Positions 46,343-58,077 of a DNA stretch of 64,000 bases are shown piece by piece. The stretch lies in the NCBI GenBank assembly GCA_965235115.1, contig OZ249440.1, forward strand, positions 35,032,001 through 35,096,000. Direction: 5' to 3'. The DNA is from Laetmonice hystrix. Taxonomy: Eukaryota. The position numbers and the translations under genes were made by a program. Every line of letters begins with the position of its first letter. The first letter of the stretch is position 1. Below the pieces are notes generated by a model, which was given only the letters and a program-made list of their open reading frames with translations, had not been told where the DNA came from and made no database searches.

Positions 46343-47407
46343 ATGTCCAGAACATACCAGTGTTGGGCGTGCCTAGGAAAACACCAGCCACCGTGCGGGT
46401 CCCGTTGCAAGAGGGGGAACATGCAGCTAGACGACTCGCGCGGCTCCGAGGAGGAAAAGGGAGCTACGGGCGGAACACTGAAACCGGAGACCCCCACGTC
46501 GCCAGGAGAGTATCTGGCAATGCTCCTGGAAAAAATTACGACTCAGGAACACCTCCTCAAACAACTACAAGAGCAGCAACTCGTTCTCCGGGCCGAGGCG
46601 CGGTTAGAAAGGCTGTCGTCGTCTATCCGCGAGCTGCAAGGCACCGACCACTCGACGGAGCGCACACATTCGCCACCCACGAAACGGCCAACCGGGGACA
46701 GGGGCGACGATACGACCGTCAGCGCACAACTACAGGACCTGAAGAACCTAAGTGAGTTGAACCCAAACTTCCATGTCGAAAAAACATGGGAGAAGCTGTC
46801 GTACAGGGAGCTGGTCTGGGGAATGACAGGAGTGATAGGCCACCTCATCAGGAACGGCATCAATGCGGCGGGGTACCTACGGCATATGGGGTTCATCGCA
46901 AGAAAGGCAGCCATGAACGTCTACGTCACCGAGGCCCTGGTCAAGTACGAGGCAGCCGTTACCGCCAAGGTCATCAACAACGAGCTTGAGGACTGGGTGG
47001 TAGCCGACTCTGAGTCGGTTTGCACGCACCTAGCAGTGGATGCAACGTTTGCCGTGGTGCGTGATAAGCAGCAGGGTAGATCGGCGATTTCCGCAAAAGG
47101 GAAAACTGCAGCGTTTGACCCCACAACTTGGCCAAAAGATATCTGCTGGCTCTTTAATAACCGTCAGTGTCACTACGTAAATTGCAAACGTAGCCATGTT
47201 TGCGTGAAGTGCGCGGGAATGCACCCAGCTAAGACATGCGACACAGGGGCATCAGCATCTAGCCCCGCAGGGGATAAGAAGCGGGGAAGTGACGCGACAC
47301 TCACGGGGTCATCTTACCGACAGCAAACGAGTCATCAGTGCTGTCGACGCATCGTTTCGAAGACGTCATACATCGGTGCATTACTTCGGCCATTCCTTAT
47401 GTTCTAG
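46343..47407 (+). CDS. Ngaro gag-like ORF1
   Basis: 354 aa, coiled-coil region and C-terminal CWLFNNRQCHYVNCKRSHVCVKCAGMHPAKTC; natural stop may be earlier. Confidence 0.8.
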   Translation: MSRTYQCWACLGKHQPPCGSRCKRGNMQLDDSRGSEEEKGATGGTLKPETPTSPGEYLAMLLEKITTQEHLLKQLQEQQLVLRAEARLERLSSSIRELQGTDHSTERTHSPPTKRPTGDRGDDTTVSAQLQDLKNLSELNPNFHVEKTWEKLSYRELVWGMTGVIGHLIRNGINAAGYLRHMGFIARKAAMNVYVTEALVKYEAAVTAKVINNELEDWVVADSESVCTHLAVDATFAVVRDKQQGRSAISAKGKTAAFDPTTWPKDICWLFNNRQCHYVNCKRSHVCVKCAGMHPAKTCDTGASASSPAGDKKRGSDATLTGSSYRQQTSHQCCRRIVSKTSYIGALLRPFLMF

Positions 47408-48920
47408 ACAATGTAACGACGCAACTTCGGCCTTCCGTATGGGCGGAGTATCTACACGACGAAAACGGCTGGGATGAGGACGCTTTCTTCGTCCTGGATG
47501 GTTTACTAAACGGTTTTAGAATGATAGATCCGAACGCTTCTATCCCTATATACGAATGTTCTTGTTATGCAGGTCCTAACGCGGACAAACTGTCGAACCT
47601 TATAAATGACAAACTAGAAGCCGGAAAATTGTCCATCTCACAAGAGAAACCCTGGAGCGTCCACGCTATGGGCGTTATTGATAAACCGGATGGATCAATC
47701 CGACCCATTATAGACTGCAAGAGGCCGTTAGGTCTCTCCGTGAACAATTACACAGACGAAGTGTTTTCAACTTTCTCGTACACTACGATCGATTACGTCG
47801 TGCAGTGCCTACAGTCCGGTATGTACATGTCAACAGTGGATATTAAAGCGGCATACAGGAGCGTGGCGATCCACCCGAGCAATCGTAGCTATTTCGGTAC
47901 ACGCTGGACCATTGAAGGTTCGGACTGTTACCTCGTGGACAACTGTGTATGTTTCGGTGCCCGGACGGCACCATGGGTGTTCACAACTTTAACAGATGCA
48001 GTCTGTAGAATTTTGCACAGGCGGGGGGTACTGTGCTTCTCGTACCTCAACGATTTCCTCATCCTGTCCAAAACTTACGAACAAGGGGTAGCCGATCAAA
48101 GGCTTCTGATACAAGTGCTAAGAGAATTGGGGTTCTATATAGCATGGAAAAAAGTAGCTGGCCCTAGCAGGGTTTGTAGATATCTGGGTATTGAAATAGA
48201 CTCGTCAAACATGCAGCTGCGTTTACCTCGAGACAAAATGGGTAAGCTACGCCAAGAGATAAATTTTTGGGTGAACAGAAAATACGCCACGAGGAAACAG
48301 ATTCAACGGTTGTGTGGAGTATTGTCACATTGCTGCAAAGTAATCAGAGGCGGGCGAGTCTATGCACCACGTGATAGGACTGTTAAAGTCGTTTGGCAGG
48401 AGAACCCGTATCAAGCTTCCAAAATCCTTCTTTGAAGATGTCAACTGGTGGTCAAAGTTTGCTGAAACTTTTAATGGACTGGCTGATATCATAGACTCTA
48501 CCACAGGCACACAGGAGATGGTGACAGACGCGTGTTTGACGGGTTATGGCGCCATTTGGGGCAATGACTGGGTGCAAGGACATTTTATCCCATCCAGCGA
48601 GGCCACATTAGAGATACGCGTAAATTCTTGCCATAGTTGGGACGTACGAGTTCCAGTCGAAGAAAGGAACAATATCAATTTCTTGGAACTTGTAGCAGTA
48701 TACATTGGCTTACGTAAATGGTCAGGGAGATTGGTCAACTCAAGAGTTATCATGTTAGGCGACAACATGCAGGTGTACTACATGCTTTGCAGGGATAGAA
48801 CTAAGAACAGTCTTTGCGCACATCTTCTACGGGATATATTTACAACTTTTATATATCGCCAGCTTATTTGCCGACATATTTGAATGTAGATGCTGATGCA
48901 TTGTCTAGAGGTATATGGCA
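47338..48920 (+). pseudogene. Ngaro RT / RNase H, frameshifted
   Basis: VDIKAAYRSV, FGARTAPWVF, YLND (for YLDD), TDACLTGYG, INFLELVAV, GDN, NVDADALSR. Confidence 0.9.
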
Positions 48921-49868
48921 TGAAGGACTATCACGGTTGTGTTGCAGGGGAGCTAGACAGACAGGTGGCCGACGTGCAGGAAGAAGCGTTTGCTCTGTCA
49001 ACGAGGAACACCAGAAGATCTCAGTGGCGTACATACCATTACGTACATTCGTACGTACATTCTGCGAACAACATTCCCTGCCGTCCTCCCCAGTGACACC
49101 CAAAAACGTCTGCAGGGCTTTAGTGTACGCCTCGGCAAGGGTGGGGTACTCATCCCTGAACAACTATGTGTCCGTTCTAAACACACTCTGCAAGATTAAA
49201 AACTGTGACATTGACCTAAGGCAGGATTTTGGTGTAGAATTAACATTGAGAGGCTTAAAGCGAATCTTGGGTTCATCGCAAAAGCCAAAAGATCCGTTAC
49301 TGCCCGTGGACCTGACCCAGATATTCACGCACGTGGATCTGTCGTCAGAGGTGGAACTGTCAGTGTGGTTAGCTGTACTACTGTCTTATCGTACCCTGCT
49401 ACGGAAGGGACATTTCACGGTAGAAGGTCGTAACGACACCCACTTGTTAAAATGTGCAGACATAGAATTCCTGGATTGGGGATTGCTTATCACAGTACAA
49501 ACCTCAAAAACTGTGCAGTTTAGGGAACGCACCCTCCAGATACCGGTTCAGTTTGGTGGAGGCATGTTCTGTGCAGCTCATCAGCTGCGCGTATACCACA
49601 AACATTATGGGTTCGGTAAGGATGACCCTATCTCAGGAATAAGAAGGGGGCTAATATCACCCCTCTAAGTTACCCGGTGGCGTTGTCCACACTGAAAAAA
49701 TGGTGTACCAGGGCCATCATTACCAAGGACATAGGTTTTCATTCCTTACGTAGGGGAGCAGCTACTCATATGAATAACATCGGGGTGCCGCTTCAGGACA
49801 TTCAAAAAATGGGGGACTGGCAAAGTCTATGTTGTCCTACAGTACTTGTCCTCCGATCTGGATCATAA
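48920..49868 (+). pseudogene. Tyrosine recombinase, frameshifted
   Basis: RTLLRKGH, TSKT, HSLRRGAAT, GDWQS, with QY in a shifted frame. Confidence 0.88.
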
Positions 49869-50324
49869 AAAGGGTACAGACTCCCGCGTCCTTTCCTCTC
49901 TTCCACCTCCCCAAGACCATTCGATACAATATTAAACAGGGGTTGGGCGGAATCTGCCCATTTTCCTGATGGCACCCCCTTTCGTTTGTCGTCTCTCCAC
50001 TACCATTAGAATAAGGATTTATGGGGGATAAAAAAAAAACAGGTTTTGTCCGTATAAATCTGCGTGATCAGCCCTCGTCTGGCCACCCGGGTGACGGTCG
50101 GCGGGCCACTTGAAGTGGCGTTTCACTCGAAAGTGTCAGTCAGTTTATTATTAGTGTGCGAGTTGGTTTATAAGGGTGTCGAGGCAGAGGCCAGTCAGTC
50201 GTCAGCTGGCAGCCTACACGAATTTTTTTTTTTTTTTTGGTTATTACTATTGTTCACTGGATGTTCACGGACTTTGATATAATAAAGACGGGGCAGAATC
50301 TGCCCATTTTCCTGATGGCACCCC

Positions 50325-51042
50325 ATCCGAGGACTCGTATGGATTTGTGTCGCCCGGCTCTACGTGAGACGGTGGCTAAGCATCAACCACCTCCCAAGGA
50401 AAGGGAGAGAGAGTTCGAGGTTGGTCAAAGAGTAATGACTCGTAACTACAGGAGTGAGGTTCCTTGGATAGTGGGAACAGTTATGAAACGGAGGGGACCA
50501 ACATCATACATAATACAGGTCGAGCCTGGTAAGATCTGGCATAGACATGCAGATCAGATGAAACACACAGCAGTCAAGGGTTCAAATGACCAAACACACA
50601 AGACTGCTGATCCGTGGATGATGTGACCAAATAGGGCTACAGCAACGCCTCCACGAGTTGTTACGCAAGGTGCAACCAGGGAGGCTGCCACACAGGACAT
50701 TAACGAGGATGTAACCAGACCTCGTTATCCCGCGCGACAACGCAACCCACCAAACAGGTTGAACCTTTAGAGTGCTATTGTTGAGCACAAGAAACTTAAT
50801 CATTCGTTCACATGTAATTACTTGTTCACAGAAGTTGAATATTCTTTCTGGTTTGAGTGTATGGTTTTAGCTACATTGTAACACACATGTAACCTCTTAA
50901 GGGGGGAGGAGTGTTATGTATTTGGGCAGTTGTTCTGTAGACCGCCAGGTGGCGCGCTAATAAATGCTCTAGTCTGATGCAGCTTGGTGTCCAGTTCTCT
51001 CTACGTGTGCGTGAATGTACTATCACGAAAATAGACATAACA
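50325..51042 (+). mobile_element. Gypsy 3' remnant (integrase C-terminus, PPT, 131-bp LTR 50912-51042)
   Basis: RTRMDLCRP...FEVGQRV...WIVGTV..RGPTSY...WHRHADQM; PPT AAGGGGGGAGGAG; LTR TGTTATGT...ACATAACA. Confidence 0.85.
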
Positions 51043-51545
51043 CCTAGAGTTACAAATGGACGTGCAGAATGCAACGAAGGGCATTAAGGTTTTTAACGGT
51101 GATCCAAAGAAATACAGACGTTGGATTAAGGATGTAGAAAAACACGGTTTAATAATAGGTGCAGATGAGGCGCGTTTGAAACGAGTAGCTTTCCAAGCAG
51201 CAGGAGGTCATGTCAGTGATTAGATCCAAAGATGGATGATAGCACATCCGCATGGAACTTGGGCAGAAATGAAAACAGTTCTAGCCATAAGATATGGGGA
51301 AACGGCAGATGAGGAACAGGCGAGGGCACTGCTCAGAAAATGTAAGCAACAACTGCAGGAGAGTACTATAATGTATGCGGACGGGTGAGGATGTATGCGG
51401 ACGGGTGAGGGAACTATCGACGGATGCATACCCTAACGTAACATTGATCAGCCGATTATAGCTAGAGAATTGGTCCAGGTGTTTATAGACGGGCTGAGAA
51501 CCAATGGGATAGCAAGGAAGGTGTTACGTGAGGGTCCGGCCACAT
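51043..51545 (+). pseudogene. LTR-retrotransposon gag (capsid) fragment
   Basis: Manual translation IKVFNGDPKKYRRWIKDVEK...TWAEMKTVLAIRYG...CKQ...ESTIMYA...VFIDGLR with a stop and frameshifts. Confidence 0.7.
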
Positions 51546-51840
51546 TCTGTCATAAGCGCAATGCAGGAACAAAAACTAGTGGATAGTGTAAAGGACATAG
51601 CTTCAGTTAAATTCCGTCAGGGGGCGTTAGTGATTGATTAGGGTGAGCCCTCTGGTGTCAAGTTCGAGCTCCATGTTCTGCGAGCATGTGCGCCAATGTT
51701 GTAAGTTAAAACCGAGTTTCTGCTGAGATAATAGTTAAGAAGATGACCATACATCACTGATTAGTTACTATATTGAATAAGCACTCTACCGGTCCATGAG
51801 ACAGACTTGATTACCGATATACTTTGGTTAGAGAGACATT

Positions 51841-52810
51841 TGTGACAGCACACGCGATTTCCAGCCTATCCCGTCAAAAAATTGATTTTGAGATTTTATA
51901 TTCACTTGATAGCCCATGACCCGAAATTTCAAAAACTGGTTACTAAATTGTAATCCTTTGAATATAACCGGAGATATAGAAGATTTAGTAAAGCCAAATC
52001 CTTGGCTACAAGACCAAATTGACCAAGTGAGCGTGTGGCACACTCGACACTCCCTCAGCAAGTGCTTGACGTCTAGACTAGAGTACACATGCTCTAAACT
52101 TCAATTTGCTCAAATTCAGTTGGATCTATGTGAAATTTAAATGGGCGACTTCATATAATAACATTTCAAACATTATATTATAGCTTTCCTTATATAGACG
52201 TAAGTTTTTTTTACCTTTAAACCTGTAAAATCAAGGATAATCTTGATGGGTTAACTGTAGGTCCTACGACTACGTCCTCATGTAGTGACAACAAACATGA
52301 CGGGGTCAATACCACAGTAACGGTCACGATAAACAAACGTTTTTCTCACACTATTTTTTAAATAACTGGTCTCATAACTTTGGTATACATTGCAAAAATG
52401 CTTTCAGATGTATTTAGTTTAATAAATTTTGATTATATAAATAACTTTTGAAAAGACCCAGAGATCCCTAACAATAGACAATAGTAACTATGACGTTTGT
52501 ACAGCTCAGCATCTCTGTGACGTTTGCCCCATTATAGACATAGCGATGAACTAGTCTTTAAAAACCAAGACAAAAAGACTGGTATTACTGTCATGTGAAG
52601 GTTCTGTTCATGCTAATAGTCAAAACCATACTGGATATGTGAGAAAACACATGAGAGTCAGAGCAAAGTAACTCCAGTTGTTTCATCACAGTGAAGAACA
52701 CGTGTGTCGGCAAGTGGTTTTTAATGTGTGGTGCAGTCCCAACTTTGGACGTCATTTATTCAGAATTGTGACGTTTACACGATAGGCTGGAAATCGCGTG
52801 TGCCGTCACA
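51841..52810. repeat. 30-bp inverted repeat pair about 0.9 kb apart (possible MITE)
   Basis: TGTGACAGCACACGCGATTTCCAGCCTATC (51841-51870) vs 52781-52810, 29/30 match; TSD not identified. Confidence 0.65.
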
Positions 52811-53644
52811 TTTATGTTCAAAGATTCTGTATTATCGCTCGGCCATGTGGCTTACTTGTCAAACCTATGTATTATCACTCATCCAAGTAGTTCAGTAAAT
52901 CGATTAGCGTTTGGTATGCTAAAGTATATTAAGGTAGGCTACATTTATTTCTAAGAACAAACCTGTTCTTTTCGTACGCCACTGTAAAACCAGGATAGAG
53001 GGGTCGGCCACAGTAAAAACGAGGCAATAGGTGTTGCCGGGCAACACCAGATCCCACTTCCCATTTATATACATGACGTGTACCTAGCCGTGACGTGTAC
53101 ATGTACATGACATGTACATAGCCATGACGTGTCCCCAGCCAACACCAGACCTGGTGATACTTCCTAAAACACTAAATGACGTCATGACGTCACGTCATAT
53201 GACGTAAATCCTGGCGTCATTAAAAGAGCATCTAGTTCCTATTCGTGTTCAATAGTAACTATGACCTTATCTAGCACTAGTAACTATGACCTTATCTAGC
53301 ACAGTTTAAGAGTTACAGCCCTCTGAAAATGCCAATGACATCATTATGAAGTTATACGTCACACGTCATAAAACTCGGTGTCTTTTGAAAGAGCATGATT
53401 TCCTATTCATGTTCAAAAGTAACCATGGCTCTATCTTACACGGTTTCAGAGTTACAGCCATTTGTTTCTAAAAAATGGCTATGACCCAATTTCAGTGTCA
53501 CGTGGTACGCTAAAAATAAGGCACAGCACTTAGTCTGATCCCGGGGGTCTGGGGAACTCCATGGAGATTCCCTGGTATCAAATGCTGGTGGATGCGGCCA
53601 GTGAAGACATTGGCCATCTGGAAGCTAATCTTCGGTCATCTTTA

Positions 53645-55652
53645 GAGTGAGTGAGTGAGTGAGTAGTGGTGGTTTTGCGCCGTGTCGGCATCCGGGGCCA
53701 TCTTCACGGCGAAAACAGAGTTATAAGACCATAAAACCAAAGGAACCTATTTTATCCCGGGTGCCAACGGGAACACCACCAAAACACATCTATAAAAGAG
53801 TCAGAAGTCCAGCCTCCGACAAGAACTCTAAAATCACTCCTGGTCTGATATTGCTAAAAAGATCCTTAAGACTCGTCTCATTATAAAACCTTTGTCTGAT
53901 GAGAGTAAAATCACCACATTCGAGTAAAAGATGCTTCAGTGTCAAAGGACATTGACAGCCATAACATTCAGGAGGCGGCTCCCCCTTCAATAAAAACACA
54001 TGGGTTAATCTAGAATGACCAACTCTGCATCGAGTAAAAACAATTTCATGCCTACGTTGGGTTAGGCCATGATGATACCTTTGGTTTACCATGGGACTGA
54101 TCTGATACAACTTATTGTTTGGTTGTTCATCCCATTCGGCCTGCCATTTGTTTTTAACATAAGCCCAGATGGTAGGTCTGAGGTCAGAGGCTGGGATTGG
54201 ACACAATTCGACGTCTGTTTCAAGAGCCCTCTTGGCAGTTCTGTCTGCTTGCTTATTGCCGGGGATGCCAACATGACCAGGCACCCAGCAAAAGTTAATA
54301 TCAAAGTTTGCATTGGCAAGCATTGCCAACTTGGACAAGATTCGAACGATCACTGGGTGATCTGTGTTCAAGTTAGCAAGTGCTTGCAGACAGGATAAGG
54401 AATCCGAGAAAATAAGGAAGTCTTTTTTGCCCGAAACTTCAATATTTTGAAGGGCAAGAAGCAGGGCCCGGGCCTCTGCTGAGAAGATGGAACTTTGCCC
54501 TGAGATGCGGGTACCGAAGTTGTGCTTGCCATAAACTGCCGCCGCAGACACATCACTGCCATCCTTTGAGCCATCAGTATAAAAGGCATAATGAGACGGA
54601 TACCTTGCCTGGACGTCAAGGAAATGGTCAAAATATGTCAGGGGATGAGTCTCAGACTTCTTCAGTTGAGTCAACTGAAGGATGACATCAGGCTTTTCCA
54701 GGTCCCAAGGAGGGATATTGCAAAAGTGTGTCTGCCCCAGGACGTTCAGATCAACATCCAGTTCCTCTAGATGAGGTTTCACCCTCAGTCCAAAAGGACG
54801 TATGTACGTTTCCTTTCTTTTATATAAATGTTGGAACTGAGGGTGAAAAACGCAATTGTAAGCTGGATTTGAACTGTTTGTCCTGAGTTTGACTGCATAC
54901 TGCAGAGCCAGCTTTAGACGCCTGTTGTAAAGCGAGGGCTCTCTGGCCTCCACATAGAGGCTCTGAACAGGAGACGTTCTAAAAGCCCCAAGTGAAAGCT
55001 GCAAACCCTGGTGGTGAACCGTGTCCAAAAGCCGTATGTAAGACTTACAAGCAGAGCCGTAAACTATGCTGCCGTAATCGAGCTTCGACCGGATTAAAGC
55101 TCTGTACAGTTGTAAAAGGACTGTACTGTCTGCACCCCAGTTTGTGCCAGATAAAACCTTGAGAACATCCAGAGCCTTAAGGCATCTGGATTTGAGCGAT
55201 TTAATGTGAGGAATAAAAGACAGCTTGCTGTCAAAAGTGAGACCTAGAAACTTTGTCTCATTAACGTCAACTCGGGGTCAAGATGGAAAGCACACAGCTT
55301 GCAAAAGTGCATGCAGACCGTTTTAGATTTGGAAAACTTAAAACCATTTTCCAACGACCAAGTATGGATTCTATTAAGACAGAGTTGGAGTTGTCTTTCA
55401 ATGGCATTCATGTTTTTGCCTCTGCAGCAGACGTTAAAGTCATCAACGAACAGGCTGCAGGGCATGCCAGTTTTAACTGAGTTAACAATGCTGTTAATCT
55501 TAAGACTAAAAAGGGTAACAGACAAAATGCTTCCCTGAGGTACACCTAATTCTTGGTCATGCAAGTCAGAGAGGGTAGTGCCTACTGCGACTTGAAAGTG
55601 TCTGTTCGATAAAAACTGAGATATGAAAATGGGCAAACGCCCCCTAAAACCC
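53645..55652 (-). mobile_element. 5'-truncated LINE copy G
   Basis: (GAGT)n tail at 53645, 3' UTR, ORF 53790-55028 (RNase H + CCHC), RT end LFVDD; truncated at GFRGRLP. Confidence 0.95.
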
Positions 55653-55657
55653 CTAAA

Positions 55658-56170
55658 ACCGTCAAGAGGCCCCCGTCCAACAGTAAGAAGGTCCACCGTC
55701 AAGAGGCCCCGGTCCAACAGGCCAACAGTAAGGAGGTCCACCGTCAAGAGGCCCCCGTCCAACAGGCCAACTGAAAGGAGGGCCACCGTCAAGAGGCCCC
55801 CGTCCAACAGTCCAACAGTAAGAAGGTCTACCGTCAAGAGGCCCCGGTCCAACAGGCCAACGGTAAGGAGGTCCACCGTCAAGAGGCCCCAGTCCAACAG
55901 GCCAACAGAAAGGATGTCCACCGTCAAGAGGCCCCCGTCCAACAGGCCAACAGTAAGAAGGTCCACCGTCAAGAGGCCCCGGTCCAACAGGCCAACGGTA
56001 AGGAGGTCCACCGTCAAGAGGCCCCAGTCCAACAGGCCAACAGAAAGGATGTCCACCGTCAAGAGGCCCCAGTCCAACAGGCCAACAGAAAGGAGGCCCA
56101 CGGAAAAGAAGCCCCTGTTACGGTCCAACAGGCCCACAACAAGGAGGTCCAAGGTAAAGAAGCCCCCGTC
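55658..56170. repeat. 45-bp minisatellite, about 10 units plus degenerate end
   Basis: GTCAAGAGGCCCC at 55661, 55698, 55743, 55788, 55833, 55878, 55923, 55968, 56013, 56058. Confidence 0.95.
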
Positions 56171-58077
56171 ATACGCCATATTTTGAGGCGCCTTTATTGC
56201 TTTTAGGCGCGTTATGGTGCGCACGTGATCGCTCACATGAAAAGACAATGCCTGTAATGATATTCATCTAATAATATGCCAATGTACACGCACACCCATT
56301 CTAATCGTACACACGACACATGCTCAGTTCCGAAAGTTAAATGTGCTAACAGGTACAAAACTACACACGGAACACATTCGACTAAGCAGACGACTGGAGC
56401 AGCTTATTTCGATATGTGAGGCCCTTCAGGAGAGAAACACTATGAACCCGGTTGATTCAACTCAATTGCTGGTCAGTTACATCTAATGTATTTTGAAACA
56501 ATTATTCAAGTTTTCATTTTGGGCCTAATAATTATGCAGATCATATCGTCAATAATTAACGGACATAACAATCTGGATCATGTTGTATGCTACAGAAAAC
56601 ACTATCTGACGCGGAACATTCTGCGATTCCTTTTGCCTTTGGACAACAGCACGATTCACACGAGTTTGTGGCAGGAATTCTACATGAATTGGTCCAATTT
56701 GGAGAGTTTGGTTGCGTGCAAGCATGCGTAGACCGAACAACGGATGAAAATGTTGTGTAAGTGTGAATGGATGCTCACCGAACACCAGTACACGAGTGTT
56801 GATAAATAAGAAATAGGAAGGAAATGATCACACCAAAGTGGATCCCATCCGATGTAACTATAACACAATATAAGTCATTCTACAGTACTGCAACTGATAG
56901 TGTTACATTCACACACAAAATTTAAAGTCCCCCAAATCTGATAAAAAAACAGTTTATTTTCATCATGAAGTAGCAACCTTCAATAATTCAGTGACAAAAA
57001 GATAATTGATACAGTGCTCTTAGAGTACTGGGCATATCAAGAAAAGGTTTCAAAAATGTTATGTTCGTAACATGGTGTCCTCAAACATGAAAAAATATCA
57101 AACACAGTGGAAGAATTCTGTTCCATTGTCTTCTGTTTGTCTGAAAGGGCATTGATAAATGACCTGACAAAATGTGGGTTTTCCATTTTATTGGACTATG
57201 TGGAAAATTATGTTACTGAGTGGACACCGTTATGTACGTGATTTAGTCTCCAATGTTTTTTTATCACTAGATTATTCTAAGAGCAAGTAAAGATATAAAA
57301 TATTTTATTGAGTGAACAGCTTTGAAATAATTGAAAAATATAAAAAAAATTGGAAAATTCATAGCAACGTTTATTTTATGACCCAGTTCAGGGTTGGTTA
57401 CGTAGGTAACATGGACACCAAATGCCAAATTTTTTATTCAAAAGATCAATGGCCAGGGGCATTTATGACAAACGCATTTATGCTCAACCAGTTAATAATG
57501 AACAATTAAAATATTAATTCTGTAATACAGTTAATGCGTTCTTAGCCAATTTGTGCCAACCATTAAACTTCAACAAAGCACTGAGGTGCCAATAATAATT
57601 TCATTCATGGATGATGGTCACTCACGCAGTGCATGGTGACTACATTGTGGGATCAATATGGCAATATGACAATAGCACTTGGTTTGAAAGTTCTTGAAAT
57701 AGAAGAAAAAGGAAGTCTTCTTTCTATTTGTATCCTCTCTACTGCAAACCCTTTTTTGCTTGCTATGCTAGTCAGTCAGATTTAAAATAAAATATTTTCA
57801 AAATACAAAATCTGATGAAAAAAATGTCATCAGATCTTAACAATGGTCAAGGCTGTTGTGATAGATTAACATGTTTAACCAATTTTAAGAACTTTAGCAA
57901 ACTTTAATTCAAGTGAATTTTGGCAGAAATGTGGCAATAACATTTAGGCTAAATGTATAAAAAATGACTGTCAATAAAATGACACGTGAATGACAAAAAA
58001 TATCAAACCACAACTATCAAAACACGACCATGCCTTTTCCAGCATCAGATGATACCAAAGGACGTCAGATTAACTGT

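Larger units (their letters stand above)
46117..50324 (+). mobile_element. Ngaro/DIRS-type tyrosine-recombinase retrotransposon with split direct repeats (A1-ORFs-B1-A2-B2)
   Basis: A1 46117-46318, A2 50018-50224, B1 from 49945, B2 50291-50324; gag, RT/RNase H and YR ORFs in overlapping frames. Confidence 0.92.

Noticed and set aside
53016..53520. Second Helentron-like non-autonomous element (GACGTCA-rich, short duplications)
   Set aside because: Repeat-like, but ends and diagnostic microsatellite could not be defined.
55244..56248. 334-aa leucine-rich ORF as a real LRR-RT fusion gene
   Set aside because: Chance read-through from a stop-free minisatellite into a truncated LINE RT; starts at a non-ATG codon and lacks the LRR Asn consensus.
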